Below, piece after piece: positions 1-7,324 of a DNA stretch of 14,748 nucleotides. The notes beneath the pieces are model-generated. The model saw nothing but the letters and a program-made list of their open reading frames with translations, did no database searches and was not told the DNA's origin. The DNA lies in assembly GCA_043824255.1 (NCBI GenBank), contig JBDRTG010000023.1, positions 1 to 14,748 of the forward strand, in the 5' to 3' direction. A program made the translations under genes and the position numbers. Every line of letters begins with the position of its first letter. The first letter of the stretch is position 1. The DNA comes from a bacterium (GTDB lineage Bacteria > JAHJDO01).

Positions 1-30
1 AAAAAACAACATTTAGAAATACAGGAAATG

Positions 31-138
31 TTATGCAAAGTCAATGATGTGTGTTACGATAACAATGACAGAGAATTGTTCTTTGATAATCAACTGTTTT
101 AACAGTAACTTTGCATAATATTTTTCTTGGGATAACAT
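31..138 (+). repeat. Left copy of a 108-bp perfect inverted repeat (105-bp unit TTATGCAAAG...CTTGGGATAA plus CAT)
   Basis: The base-by-base reverse complement equals 14610-14717. It has an internal 11-bp inverted repeat TTATGCAAAGT (31-41)/ACTTTGCATAA (108-118) and related boxes at 53-62, 80-89 and 126-135. Confidence 0.97.
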
Positions 139-167
139 AGATTATCCAAAGCTTTGGATAAACGATG
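126..167. other. Putative tyrosine-recombinase core sites: CTTGGGATAA-cataga-TTATCCAAAG, then CTTTGGATAA-acgatg
   Basis: Inverted 10-bp boxes flank a 6-bp spacer (dif/att-like geometry). There is a perfect 20-bp palindrome TTATCCAAAGCTTTGGATAA at 142-161. ACGATG (162-167) is directly repeated at 14607-14612 next to TTATCCCAAG. Confidence 0.65.
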
Positions 168-1091
168 CGCCAGGGCATTCACAATAGCCTCTTCAACCGC
201 GAATAAAGGAATTTCCGGCGGTCGTTTTACCTGTGCAGTATGCTCTTGCTGGATAACAGGTAATTTAATACTGCTTAACACAAACGAAACCGCGCGGTCA
301 ACCTGATCAAAAAGATTTCCATCGTATATATGATACGAAGGAAACGGCTTCTCTACTTCCGTGCCGGAAAGTTGTAGACATTTTGTTTCAGCCTGGAGAT
401 GAAATTTATGCGGGTTTTTACCAAACAGCAGAATTGCTGCGTTCGTTAATTTATCCCCGTTCAGAAGATTCAAATGGATAAAAACGTCTTTTACGGGAGT
501 ATTTTCAGGTAAAGGAAAATTTCTTTTCTCTTTTGCCGTACGTAAAAACCACTTTACTTTATCCGTATCTATGTCTTCCCACGAAGCCCTTTCGCACACC
601 GCCTGGTCAAAAATACTTTTACCAACAATGCCTTTTTCGCGAAGAAATTCAATAAGGCTTTCATGTACTGCGTTCTTAAGTTCTTGAATATTCTGGAAAC
701 GATAATACTTGTAACCGGAATCCTCATCTTTGATCTCGCTTATTATCTTTTTAACTCTTTTATCTTTCGTATTATCTAACTTTCCTTTTATGTACGCTAA
801 GACATATTTGGAGCTTTTTTGCGCTTCTCTAAATTCCTCTTCCGTAGCTGAGAGCTTATTTTCCGGAACCTTGCCGTATTCATCGCCAAAAACAACAATA
901 TAAACGTCGCAAGCGCGGACTTCTTTTAAATACACTGCTTTTGAAGACTTGTCGCCAGCAGGGGCTTTTTCAAACAAGAATACTCTAAAGTAATCTTTGA
1001 GTAAAACATCGTTCTCAACTATCTCCTGCACCACAAGACGTTCTGCTTTTAGCTCTTTTTGAACTCCGCTAACAAATATTCTATATTTCAT
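162..1091 (-). pseudogene. N-terminal 310 aa of a DUF4062 + HATPase_c_4 (RecG-C-like) protein, truncated at NALAHR
   Basis: DUF4062-like start RIFVSGVQKELKAER...YLKEVRACDVYIVVFGDEYG...SATEEEFREA, then LTNAAILLFGKNP and EEAIVNALAHR. After HR the frame runs into repeat DNA and stops at 99. ATG at 1091 has an upstream AAAGGA. Confidence 0.88.
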
Positions 1092-1436
1092 AACCAATTC
1101 CTTTAAGATTTTTCTTTATCTTGTTTGTGTATGTAACTATAAAGTATGGACTTTAAAATACCCATAATCTGGCATATTTCTTTAATTTTACCCATCATTC
1201 CGCTATCTGACATTCAGCTATTCAATAAAATAGAGAGTAATCTTCTTAAGCCCTTTTCCCCGAATCATTCCTTAGCCTATGTTTACGCACGAATCCACTA
1301 CCTATCCCAATACTACTACTATTTTTATATCCCTTTTTATCAACTAAGTCAAAATATTTTTACCTATATAAAAACCCTTTTCCAGGACAATCCACGTGTG
1401 CATAGTGTCACAAATCTTAAAAGCTACATATGAATT

Positions 1437-1545
1437 CTATATAAATGGCGGTTCTATGTCTAGAACCCCTAAAAGCTCAGTGACAGTATCATGAAAATCG
1501 CTGTCTCCACTCCATAACACAAAGCAGTCAATATTATTCTCTTTA
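1437..1545 (-). pseudogene. NYN-domain protein C-terminal fragment
   Basis: FVLWSGDSDFHDTV matches the NYN/LabA SGDxDF motif. The upstream part of the ORF is unrelated. Confidence 0.55.
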
Positions 1546-1638
1546 TCAATTAATATTAGCATAATCGATATAAACACTAACGCGCCCGGCAAGCAATGTC
1601 TCAAGCTGCTTAGTACCCTTGCAGGGAGCTTTTGGCTA

Positions 1639-1878
1639 TCATAGAGAATGTTCAATATTTTTTAAGCGAGAAGATAAAATTCCGATTTCTTTCTTGGTTA
1701 TGAAATCCAATCCTGGACTCTCAAGATTTTCATTTTTCTCTCGCAAAAATCGTGAGAGCCGCTGCATCGAAGTCTGGCAGAAATTAATTTTTCTTTTCCA
1801 CATTCTGGACCTGCAAAGGAAACTTTGATTAATTTCTTTGTCCAGGTTTTCAATCTCTTTTTCGATTCTCTCATTCAT
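1639..1878 (-). CDS. Hypothetical protein, probably frameshifted or truncated
   Basis: ATG preceded by a strong GAGGAGG RBS. No recognisable family. May continue out of frame into 1655-1545. Confidence 0.4.
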   Translation of the reverse strand: MNERIEKEIENLDKEINQSFLCRSRMWKRKINFCQTSMQRLSRFLREKNENLESPGLDFITKKEIGILSSRLKNIEHSL

Positions 1879-1939
1879 AATTTTTTTCCTCCTCGTATAT
1901 ATAACAGGAAGCCAGAAAATTTTAGACTAATCCCAACCC

Positions 1940-1970
1940 AACTTGAGGTGCCAAATTGGCACCTCAAGTT
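1940..1970. repeat. Perfect 15-bp-arm palindrome encoding the ORF6N-type motif LRCQIGTSS
   Basis: AACTTGAGGTGCCAA-A-TTGGCACCTCAAGTT. Confidence 0.85.
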
Positions 1971-2008
1971 TTCAAACTCTATGTTTTTCTGTTTTTTAAG
2001 TTTTCCAT

Positions 2009-2315
2009 TATCCGACATTTATCCGACATTTTTTGCGTTTATCCGACATTTAGCTATTCAATAAAACAGGAGTACATTCTTGGGTAAAATTACTTTTCAG
2101 GACAATCCACATGCGCATAAATGTCCTATAAATGTCCCATAAATGTCCCAAAACATTGTTTCTTAACATTAAAATCTGCATGACATTTACATGACAATAT
2201 CACGGTTTTCATGACACTATTTTACTAAATATTTTAAAGAACGTCCTTTGCCGATAGTTTTTACTTGACCTATTTCGGACATTTTCCCGGACATTCTGTA
2301 ATTATTCCGGACATT
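2009..2315. repeat. Four consecutive triplicated short motifs
   Basis: TATCCGACATT (2009, 2020, 2040), ATAAATGTCC (2117, 2128, 2139), CATGACA (2179, 2190, 2210), CGGACATT (2276, 2288, 2308). Confidence 0.85.
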
Positions 2316-2529
2316 GTCATTATTTAGCCTTTAATCCTCTTTTTTCTATACAAAGTCAGTTTCTAAGTAGATCGTTAGTTACAAGGAATAGAAATGCCTC
2401 AAGAGGTTGACATGGCAGAAAAGACAGTGCCTGTGGCAGAAAAATCACAAGCTTTAGAGAAAGAGCAAGAGTTTGAAAAAGATATGGGTATGAGTTGATT
2501 TCAGGATTTCTGCGAATCCTTTAGAAATA

Positions 2530-2700
2530 GTGGAGAGATTTAAAACTTGGAAGTCACAAATTGTGATATCCAAGTCTGAGAAAAAGGGATTAAGGGGTAA
2601 GCACTACGCTTTTGCAGAGCTTATCGCAAATTGCGATAGGTTTAGATTATCAAAGCAGGAATTTAAAATTGGAGGTGTCAATTTGGTACATCCAATTCAT
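2530..2700 (+). pseudogene. Stacked ORF6N-domain gene fragments
   Basis: WKSQIVISKSEKKGLR..YAF, ELIANCDRF and FRLSKQEFK/(frameshift)WRCQFGTSN are three variants of the same ORF6N segment. Confidence 0.65.
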
Positions 2701-2742
2701 TACCCCTCATGCAAGGGTACGGAATTGAAACTAAAATCATGC

Positions 2743-2771
2743 TTGACGAAATGATATTATTATGATATCAA
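2743..2771 (+). promoter_or_regulatory. hicAB promoter with a probable HicB operator
   Basis: TTGACG at 2743 and an imperfect inverted repeat TGATATTAT-T-ATGATATCA (2752-2770) just upstream of the hicA ATG. Confidence 0.55.
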
Positions 2772-2777
2772 GTTATT

Positions 2778-2975
2778 ATGCCGCGTAAAATACGACAGCT
2801 TATTGCGGATTTAGAAAAGGTTGGCTTTGTTAATAGGGGAGGCAAAGGTCGCCATAGAAATTTTTTACACCCCAAGTGTTCTTACATTGTCCGGCTGTCA
2901 GGAAATCCTGGAGCTGATGCATTGCCCTATCAGGGGAAAGCGGTAAAACGAGCATTAAAGGAGGTTTCGCGATGA
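2778..2975 (+). CDS. hicA: HicA family mRNA interferase toxin
   Basis: 65 aa, basic, LEKVGFVNRGGKGRHRNFLHP (GxH motif). ATGA overlap with the next gene. Confidence 0.9.
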   Translation: MPRKIRQLIADLEKVGFVNRGGKGRHRNFLHPKCSYIVRLSGNPGADALPYQGKAVKRALKEVSR

Positions 2976-3307
2976 AAAAACCTAGCGATGATTACCTAAA
3001 AATTGTGGAGTGGTCTGAAGATGATCAGTGTTACGTTGGAATGGCTCCAGGTCTAATTATTGGCGGCGTACACGGAGAGAGTCAAAAAAAAGTTTTTTAT
3101 GAACTGTGCGAGGCAGTGGAAGAAGCTATACAAATACTACAGAAAGAGGGCAGACCTCTTCCTGCAGCAACGGCAAACAAGGACTATTCAGGGAAAATAG
3201 CGCTAAGAATTCCTTCTCAGCTACATAAGACTCTTGCTGCAAAAGCATTCCAAGCAGGCGAGAGTGTTAATAAACTAATACAACATAAATTAGAAACCGC
3301 TGTATAG
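2972..3307 (+). CDS. hicB: HicB family antitoxin
   Basis: EWSEDDQCYVG...HGES...LP..DYSGKIALRIPSQLHKTLA..A...GESVN is the typical HicB plus RHH layout. Confidence 0.92.
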   Translation: MKKPSDDYLKIVEWSEDDQCYVGMAPGLIIGGVHGESQKKVFYELCEAVEEAIQILQKEGRPLPAATANKDYSGKIALRIPSQLHKTLAAKAFQAGESVNKLIQHKLETAV

Positions 3308-3329
3308 TTTTTCACAAGAGGTGTTTACA

Positions 3330-3503
3330 ATGGCTAAGAAACTTTTAACCTTAAAAGATGTTTTAAAAGAGGAACTCAAAGACAACGAGTTTAAGAAATT
3401 CTACGAAGAAGAAGGGCAAAGATTAGCTTTGGAGTATAAGATTACCAAACTTAGACAAAAACAAGGATTGACTCTTGTGAAAAAGGTAAAAAACTATGAG
3501 TAA
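3330..3503 (+). pseudogene. Truncated XRE/HigA-like antitoxin
   Basis: LKDNEFKKFYEEE...ITKLRQKQGLT breaks off where the HTH (TQxxLA) should begin. Confidence 0.7.
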
Positions 3504-3753
3504 TTTTCATCGAACCCAGATATATATTGAGAATGAGCAAATGTGATTACTCAAAATAGAAGCAGAAAAAGAACACCTTACTGTTTCTGAGCTAATCAGG
3601 AAAGCAATTGACGGATTCTTAAAAACAAAAGGAAGAAACATTAACTGGAATAATGATCCTCTTACTAAAGCCATAGGCAAGATTCACCTAGGAGTAAGTA
3701 ATGCCCCTGTTAAGCACGATCAGTATTTATATAAGTATAAAAAAGGGGACTGA
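3496..3753 (+). pseudogene. CopG/RHH (VapB-like) antitoxin with a premature TGA at 3544-3546 (absent from the ORF track)
   Basis: Manual translation: MSNFHRTQIYIENEQM*LLKIEAEKEHLTVSELIRKAIDGFL...DPLTKAIG...KHDQYLY. Confidence 0.8.
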
Positions 3754-3757
3754 TATT

Positions 3758-4186
3758 ATGAAATTAACTTATAATCCTCGTTATAACATCGCTTATATTC
3801 GCTTAAAAGAGCAAGTAAGAGAACTTCGCAATAAACTCGATGATGAAGAATTTAAACAACATGAAATAGTAAAATTTGCTTTCCGTGTTCGTAAAGCTGA
3901 TCAAGAAATAATCCCTCAAGATCCAGACCGTCCGGAATATCGTCTAAGAGGAGAGCTTAAAAAATACCGCCGTTATAAACAAGGTTTACAGCGTTATAGA
4001 ATAATCTTTTGTTTTTCCAGCCATCCTAAAATTATTATATATTTATATCTGAATGACGAAAAACATCTCCGCAAAGAAGGAGCTAAGACAGATCCTTATG
4101 AAAAACTTAAAAAGCTTCAAAGGAAAGGATATTTTTCACATAGCCCGAATGATCCTAAAACTCAAGAATGGATAAGAAAGCAATGA
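3758..4186 (+). CDS. Chimera of a DUF2283-like N-terminus and a YhaV-family (RelE-fold) toxin
   Basis: MKLTYNPRYNIAYIRLKE is the DUF2283 start. IPQDPDRPEYRL...RYRIIFCFSSHPKIIIYLYLNDEKHLRKEGAKTDPY is YhaV-like. ATG 3758 follows an AAGGGG RBS. Confidence 0.72.
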   Translation: MKLTYNPRYNIAYIRLKEQVRELRNKLDDEEFKQHEIVKFAFRVRKADQEIIPQDPDRPEYRLRGELKKYRRYKQGLQRYRIIFCFSSHPKIIIYLYLNDEKHLRKEGAKTDPYEKLKKLQRKGYFSHSPNDPKTQEWIRKQ

Positions 4187-4371
4187 GCATCCGGTTAAGA
4201 AATGAGAAAAAATATAGTGGGAAGTATGTGGCGCTTAAAAGCTTCACAAATGACACAGTTATAAGTAGTGGAGATCACATTCAGGAAGTTTATAAAAAAG
4301 CTGGAAAAAAGGGATATAAGAATCCTGTTATAGCACATGTACCTAAAGAAGACATGGTTCTAATCTATTAA
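4183..4371 (+). CDS. DUF5678-domain small protein
   Basis: KYSGKYVAL...VISSG....EVYKKA.KKGYKNPVIAHVP. ATGA overlap with the previous gene. Confidence 0.7.
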   Translation: MSIRLRNEKKYSGKYVALKSFTNDTVISSGDHIQEVYKKAGKKGYKNPVIAHVPKEDMVLIY

Positions 4372-4390
4372 TAAAATATTGGTGAAAAAC

Positions 4391-4717
4391 ATGAAAACAT
4401 ATAATGTAGACGAAGAAATCGCTAAAGAAAAATTCACATCAATAGGATATACCACTTTGGATTCCAAAAACAGAGTGACCCTGGGAAACAGGATTATGGG
4501 AAAAGCGCCATTAGGTCGCCTGGAAGTTGATGCCTTTGGAATTCTTATGGGAAGTGAAGGAGATATCCTGTTAAGGCCAATGGCAAGCGTTCCAAGTAGA
4601 GAATTATGGATTTATCAAAACCCAAAGGTCTTAAAAAGCATCCAAAATGGGTTGCAAGATGCCCAAGAAGGGAAAATTACCGAAGTAAGAGATGTTAAAG
4701 AATTTCTTAGAAAGTAG
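4391..4717 (+). CDS. AbrB/MazE/MraZ-like antitoxin
   Basis: TLDSKNRVTLG...GDILLRPMASVPSRELWIYQNPKVLKSIQNGLQDAQEGKI. Confidence 0.7.
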   Translation: MKTYNVDEEIAKEKFTSIGYTTLDSKNRVTLGNRIMGKAPLGRLEVDAFGILMGSEGDILLRPMASVPSRELWIYQNPKVLKSIQNGLQDAQEGKITEVRDVKEFLRK

Positions 4718-4725
4718 GGAAGATA

Positions 4726-4938
4726 ATGAGAGAAACAATCACAATTAGTATGCCAGAAGAAATCAAAAAACAGCTTGATAAAATAACATCTCAAGAAGGA
4801 ACAACGCGTAGTAACATTATCAGGGAGTCATTGCGAGATTATTTATTTATTCGCCAATTTAGGTCCATACGCAGAAGAATGGCGGCCAAGTCCCCTCGTG
4901 TCTATACCGACCAGGACATCTTTGACTGTGTATCATGA
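4726..4938 (+). CDS. CopG/RHH antitoxin (VapB-like), cognate PIN toxin absent
   Basis: TITISMPEEIKKQLD...TRSNIIRESLRDYL. Ends in an ATGA overlap whose downstream frame stops after 11 codons. Confidence 0.8.
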   Translation: MRETITISMPEEIKKQLDKITSQEGTTRSNIIRESLRDYLFIRQFRSIRRRMAAKSPRVYTDQDIFDCVS

Positions 4939-5059
4939 GAACACTGGCTAAAATTAAACATTTAGGGTAAATCCTTCATAGGATTAGCGTTTTTTCTTAG
5001 GGTTTCGCTTTCTTTAATTTTCGTTGATAAAAGGGGAATTTGTTGCAGTAAAATCTATA

Positions 5060-5695
5060 TTAAAGGATACACTCGTCTCTCCTTTTAGCACAATTAGCAT
5101 AGTTAGCATCTTTTGCCATTTTTGCTAATAAGGTTCTTACAATTACAGCAATGTCAACCAGGCCCTCCTCTTCCCATAAGACAATTCCTTTATTTGCCTG
5201 TTCGTAGAAAATCGGATCTGTCTTTTTCTTTTCAATAAAATTCAGATTAGAATAGACTATGCTTTGGATATTTCTCTTGTTTCTATGGCTCTTGATTTGT
5301 TGAATTATATGCTCTTTGTTACGACTAATGATTAATAAATCTATATCACTGTCCGGAGTATTCTCCCCCCTGCTTGAACCGCCAAAAAGTAATATTTTGG
5401 AGGACAGCGGCTTTAATTTTTTCAGGATACCACTAATCTGATCTATTGTTTCTATTACTTTGAGTTGTTTAACAACAATGTTTTTATGATTGAGTGTATA
5501 AAAGAAAGCTTTCCCGCGTTTAGTCCTGAAAAGAAAATCTGTAGCGACTAGTTCGCGAAGTGCATAGTTAACTCCTGATTTGCTGATTTTGGTTGCTTTT
5601 TGAATTTCGCTTTCAAGAAAATCCCGAATCGGGTGGTCTATAAGAAAATGCAACACCTTCTGCGCATTTGTGGCAACTAATATATTCTTTCGCAT
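5060..5695 (-). CDS. wHTH + minimal nucleotidyltransferase (MntA-like antitoxin), probably with a non-native C-terminal tail
   Basis: N-terminal wHTH (SEIQKATKISKSGVNYALREL) and LFGGSSRGENTPDSDIDL Pol-beta motif. After KGIVLWEE it reads into low-complexity DNA. No HEPN gene follows. Confidence 0.8.
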   Translation of the reverse strand: MRKNILVATNAQKVLHFLIDHPIRDFLESEIQKATKISKSGVNYALRELVATDFLFRTKRGKAFFYTLNHKNIVVKQLKVIETIDQISGILKKLKPLSSKILLFGGSSRGENTPDSDIDLLIISRNKEHIIQQIKSHRNKRNIQSIVYSNLNFIEKKKTDPIFYEQANKGIVLWEEEGLVDIAVIVRTLLAKMAKDANYANCAKRRDECIL

Positions 5696-5706
5696 TAGAC
5701 CTTCTC

Positions 5707-5736
5707 CCAATATATTGAACTACTATCCAATATATT
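5707..5736. promoter_or_regulatory. Possible autoregulatory operator of the MNT gene
   Basis: CCAATATATT repeated at 5707 and 5727. The first copy contains the palindrome CAATATATTG. Confidence 0.4.
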
Positions 5737-5849
5737 AGATAAACAACTTTTTGAACATATAAGGAACTGAAATACTTAATAGGACAATAGTCAAAGAGTC
5801 AGAAACATGGGCGCAGAAAGCTGATAGAAAACCCTTGGTTCTGCGTGAA

Positions 5850-6233
5850 TCACGGTTTTGGCGCGTTAGCGACAAATACCGTGGATTCATCTTGTTCGAT
5901 CTTTTCTTCGATGTCGTCGAAGTTCCCGTGCCAAATGTCGAATTCATCCCCTGTCTTCCATCCGTCTACGTCGGGACGGGCGTCAAGCCAGGCAGTGATT
6001 CGTTTCAGCTTGGCATCGGGATCAGAGCTACGACGACCAAGTTCCACGACAACATCGAGCTTGTCATCTTTCCCGCCACCACCACAGTAACAACCGTTTG
6101 CTTCGACGGCTTCCTCGATGAAGGCGTCGAGGAACTCATCAAATCCGTCTTTTCGATTCCGGGTGATGACGAGCTGTCGTCCCCACTCCGTGAATTCACT
6201 GTAGTGCTTCTTTTTGCGGAGTCGTTTTTTCAT
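5850..6233 (-). CDS. yggL: YggL/DUF469-like (50S ribosome-binding) protein, GC-rich
   Basis: KRLRKKKHYSEFTEWG...DEFLDAFIEEAVEANGCYCGGGG...ITAWLDARPDV resembles YggL. Confidence 0.72.
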   Translation of the reverse strand: MKKRLRKKKHYSEFTEWGRQLVITRNRKDGFDEFLDAFIEEAVEANGCYCGGGGKDDKLDVVVELGRRSSDPDAKLKRITAWLDARPDVDGWKTGDEFDIWHGNFDDIEEKIEQDESTVFVANAPKP

Positions 6234-6806
6234 CTCTCAGATTGAACATTAATTATTGAACAGTCACTTCTACTTTAATGTTACCATAGCTCAAATTGCT
6301 TAAAACCTCAATAAAAATAGGCAAAAATATATTTATTATAAAAAGTATGACCTTAAAATATGTCGCTCCTCACCAAGTGGGTATCTAATTGAATTACGAT
6401 TCTTCGCAAAAACCTTGCAAAATTGCCCACTAAACATATCCTATAAAGTTACAAATGTTCTTAATGTTCCGTAAGTTCCTTATGTTATATAACATTTGCA
6501 ACATTTGTAACATTTCTTCACTATTCAACACATTGGAGGTCACAATTTGTGACCAGTCAATCTTCGTCCTCTTTAGCCTCAAATGGTTTTCTTCAAGTGC
6601 CTGCGTAACAAAAGAACTTAATTTTACCCCATGACTTTGATAGAAATTTTTCAACTGTTTTTCTAAGAGCTCAAGGATGCTGGTTTCAATCAGAACTGTT
6701 CTCATGATACGTGACCGAAGATGTTCTGGTCAGCATAGGGACAAGGGTACTTGCCACCACTCTCTGACCAGTCCTTTATGGCTGTTGTTTTTAGTTTCCT
6801 TTGCCA

Positions 6807-7220
6807 TCAAGACTTATGTCTTGTTTGTCCTGTTTTATGTTCTAAAATCTCAAACATTATCTTACGGCGTTTTTTAAAAGGAACAAAATTTGCTCTATCC
6901 GCTAAATGGCGATAAGCATTACCAATTCGACCATGACTTCCGCCAAGGTTATAGATATCGCACCATACCCCACCTTCACAATGAGGCAAAGAGCATTCTT
7001 TAAAAATAGCACAGTCTCTGGTTTCATATCGCCTTGCTGCATCTAATAGCGCAGGATTCGCTCCAATGCAGGTCTTCGTCTTCTTAGCAGCATCACGCAT
7101 GGCTTCGCTGATTTCATACTTGTATTCATCGCAAGACAAAACAAACTTTGCCTCTTCAATCATCCCGGCTTTCTTGAGCAGTTTAGCGATAAGGTTTTTA
7201 TGTTTTTTGGTGTATTCCAT
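6807..7220 (-). CDS. Hypothetical Cys-containing protein
   Basis: 137 aa, ATG with an AAGGAG RBS. No family recognised. Confidence 0.6.
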   Translation of the reverse strand: MEYTKKHKNLIAKLLKKAGMIEEAKFVLSCDEYKYEISEAMRDAAKKTKTCIGANPALLDAARRYETRDCAIFKECSLPHCEGGVWCDIYNLGGSHGRIGNAYRHLADRANFVPFKKRRKIMFEILEHKTGQTRHKS

Positions 7221-7324
7221 AACACGGTCTCCTTAATAAAATTATGAGTAAAATTAAACATTAATGAACTCTTAACATTACCGCCAAAAGTGGAATTTCG
7301 AGGCTAAAACACATCTAAAAACCC

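Noticed and set aside
108..135. Chromosomal dif (XerCD) site
   Set aside because: ACTTTGCATAA resembles a XerC arm, but no XerD-like TTATGTTAAAT arm lies 6 bp away, and the unit occurs twice.
99..161. C-terminal tail LSKALDNLCYPKKNIMQSYC of the 332-aa ORF
   Set aside because: This is read-through into the palindrome and 108-bp repeat, not native protein.
1146..2064. Plus-strand ORFs 1146-1433, 1619-1828 and 1825-2064
   Set aside because: They have no motifs, skewed composition, and span repeat shards or lie antisense to better ORFs.
2009..2315. CRISPR array or plasmid iterons
   Set aside because: The repeats are 7-11 bp, differ between clusters, have no regular spacers, and no cas or rep gene is present.
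3544..3546. TGA recoding (genetic code 4/25)
   Set aside because: TGA acts as a genuine stop in ATGA overlaps at 2975, 4186 and 12281, so this is a nonsense mutation.
5810..5850. Full integron attC site
   Set aside because: Only a short GCAGAA/TTCTGC inverted repeat is present, with no clear L boxes and no integrase, so it is kept only as a weak hint.
5835..6245. Overlapping ORFs 5835-6245(+), 5845-6090(+) and 6005-6199(-)
   Set aside because: These are shadow frames of the GC-rich YggL-like gene.
6430..6705. 91-aa minus-strand ORF as a real gene
   Set aside because: It runs through an ORF6N palindrome and low-complexity triplets (LQMLQML, NIRNLRNIKN), so it is probably a patchwork.
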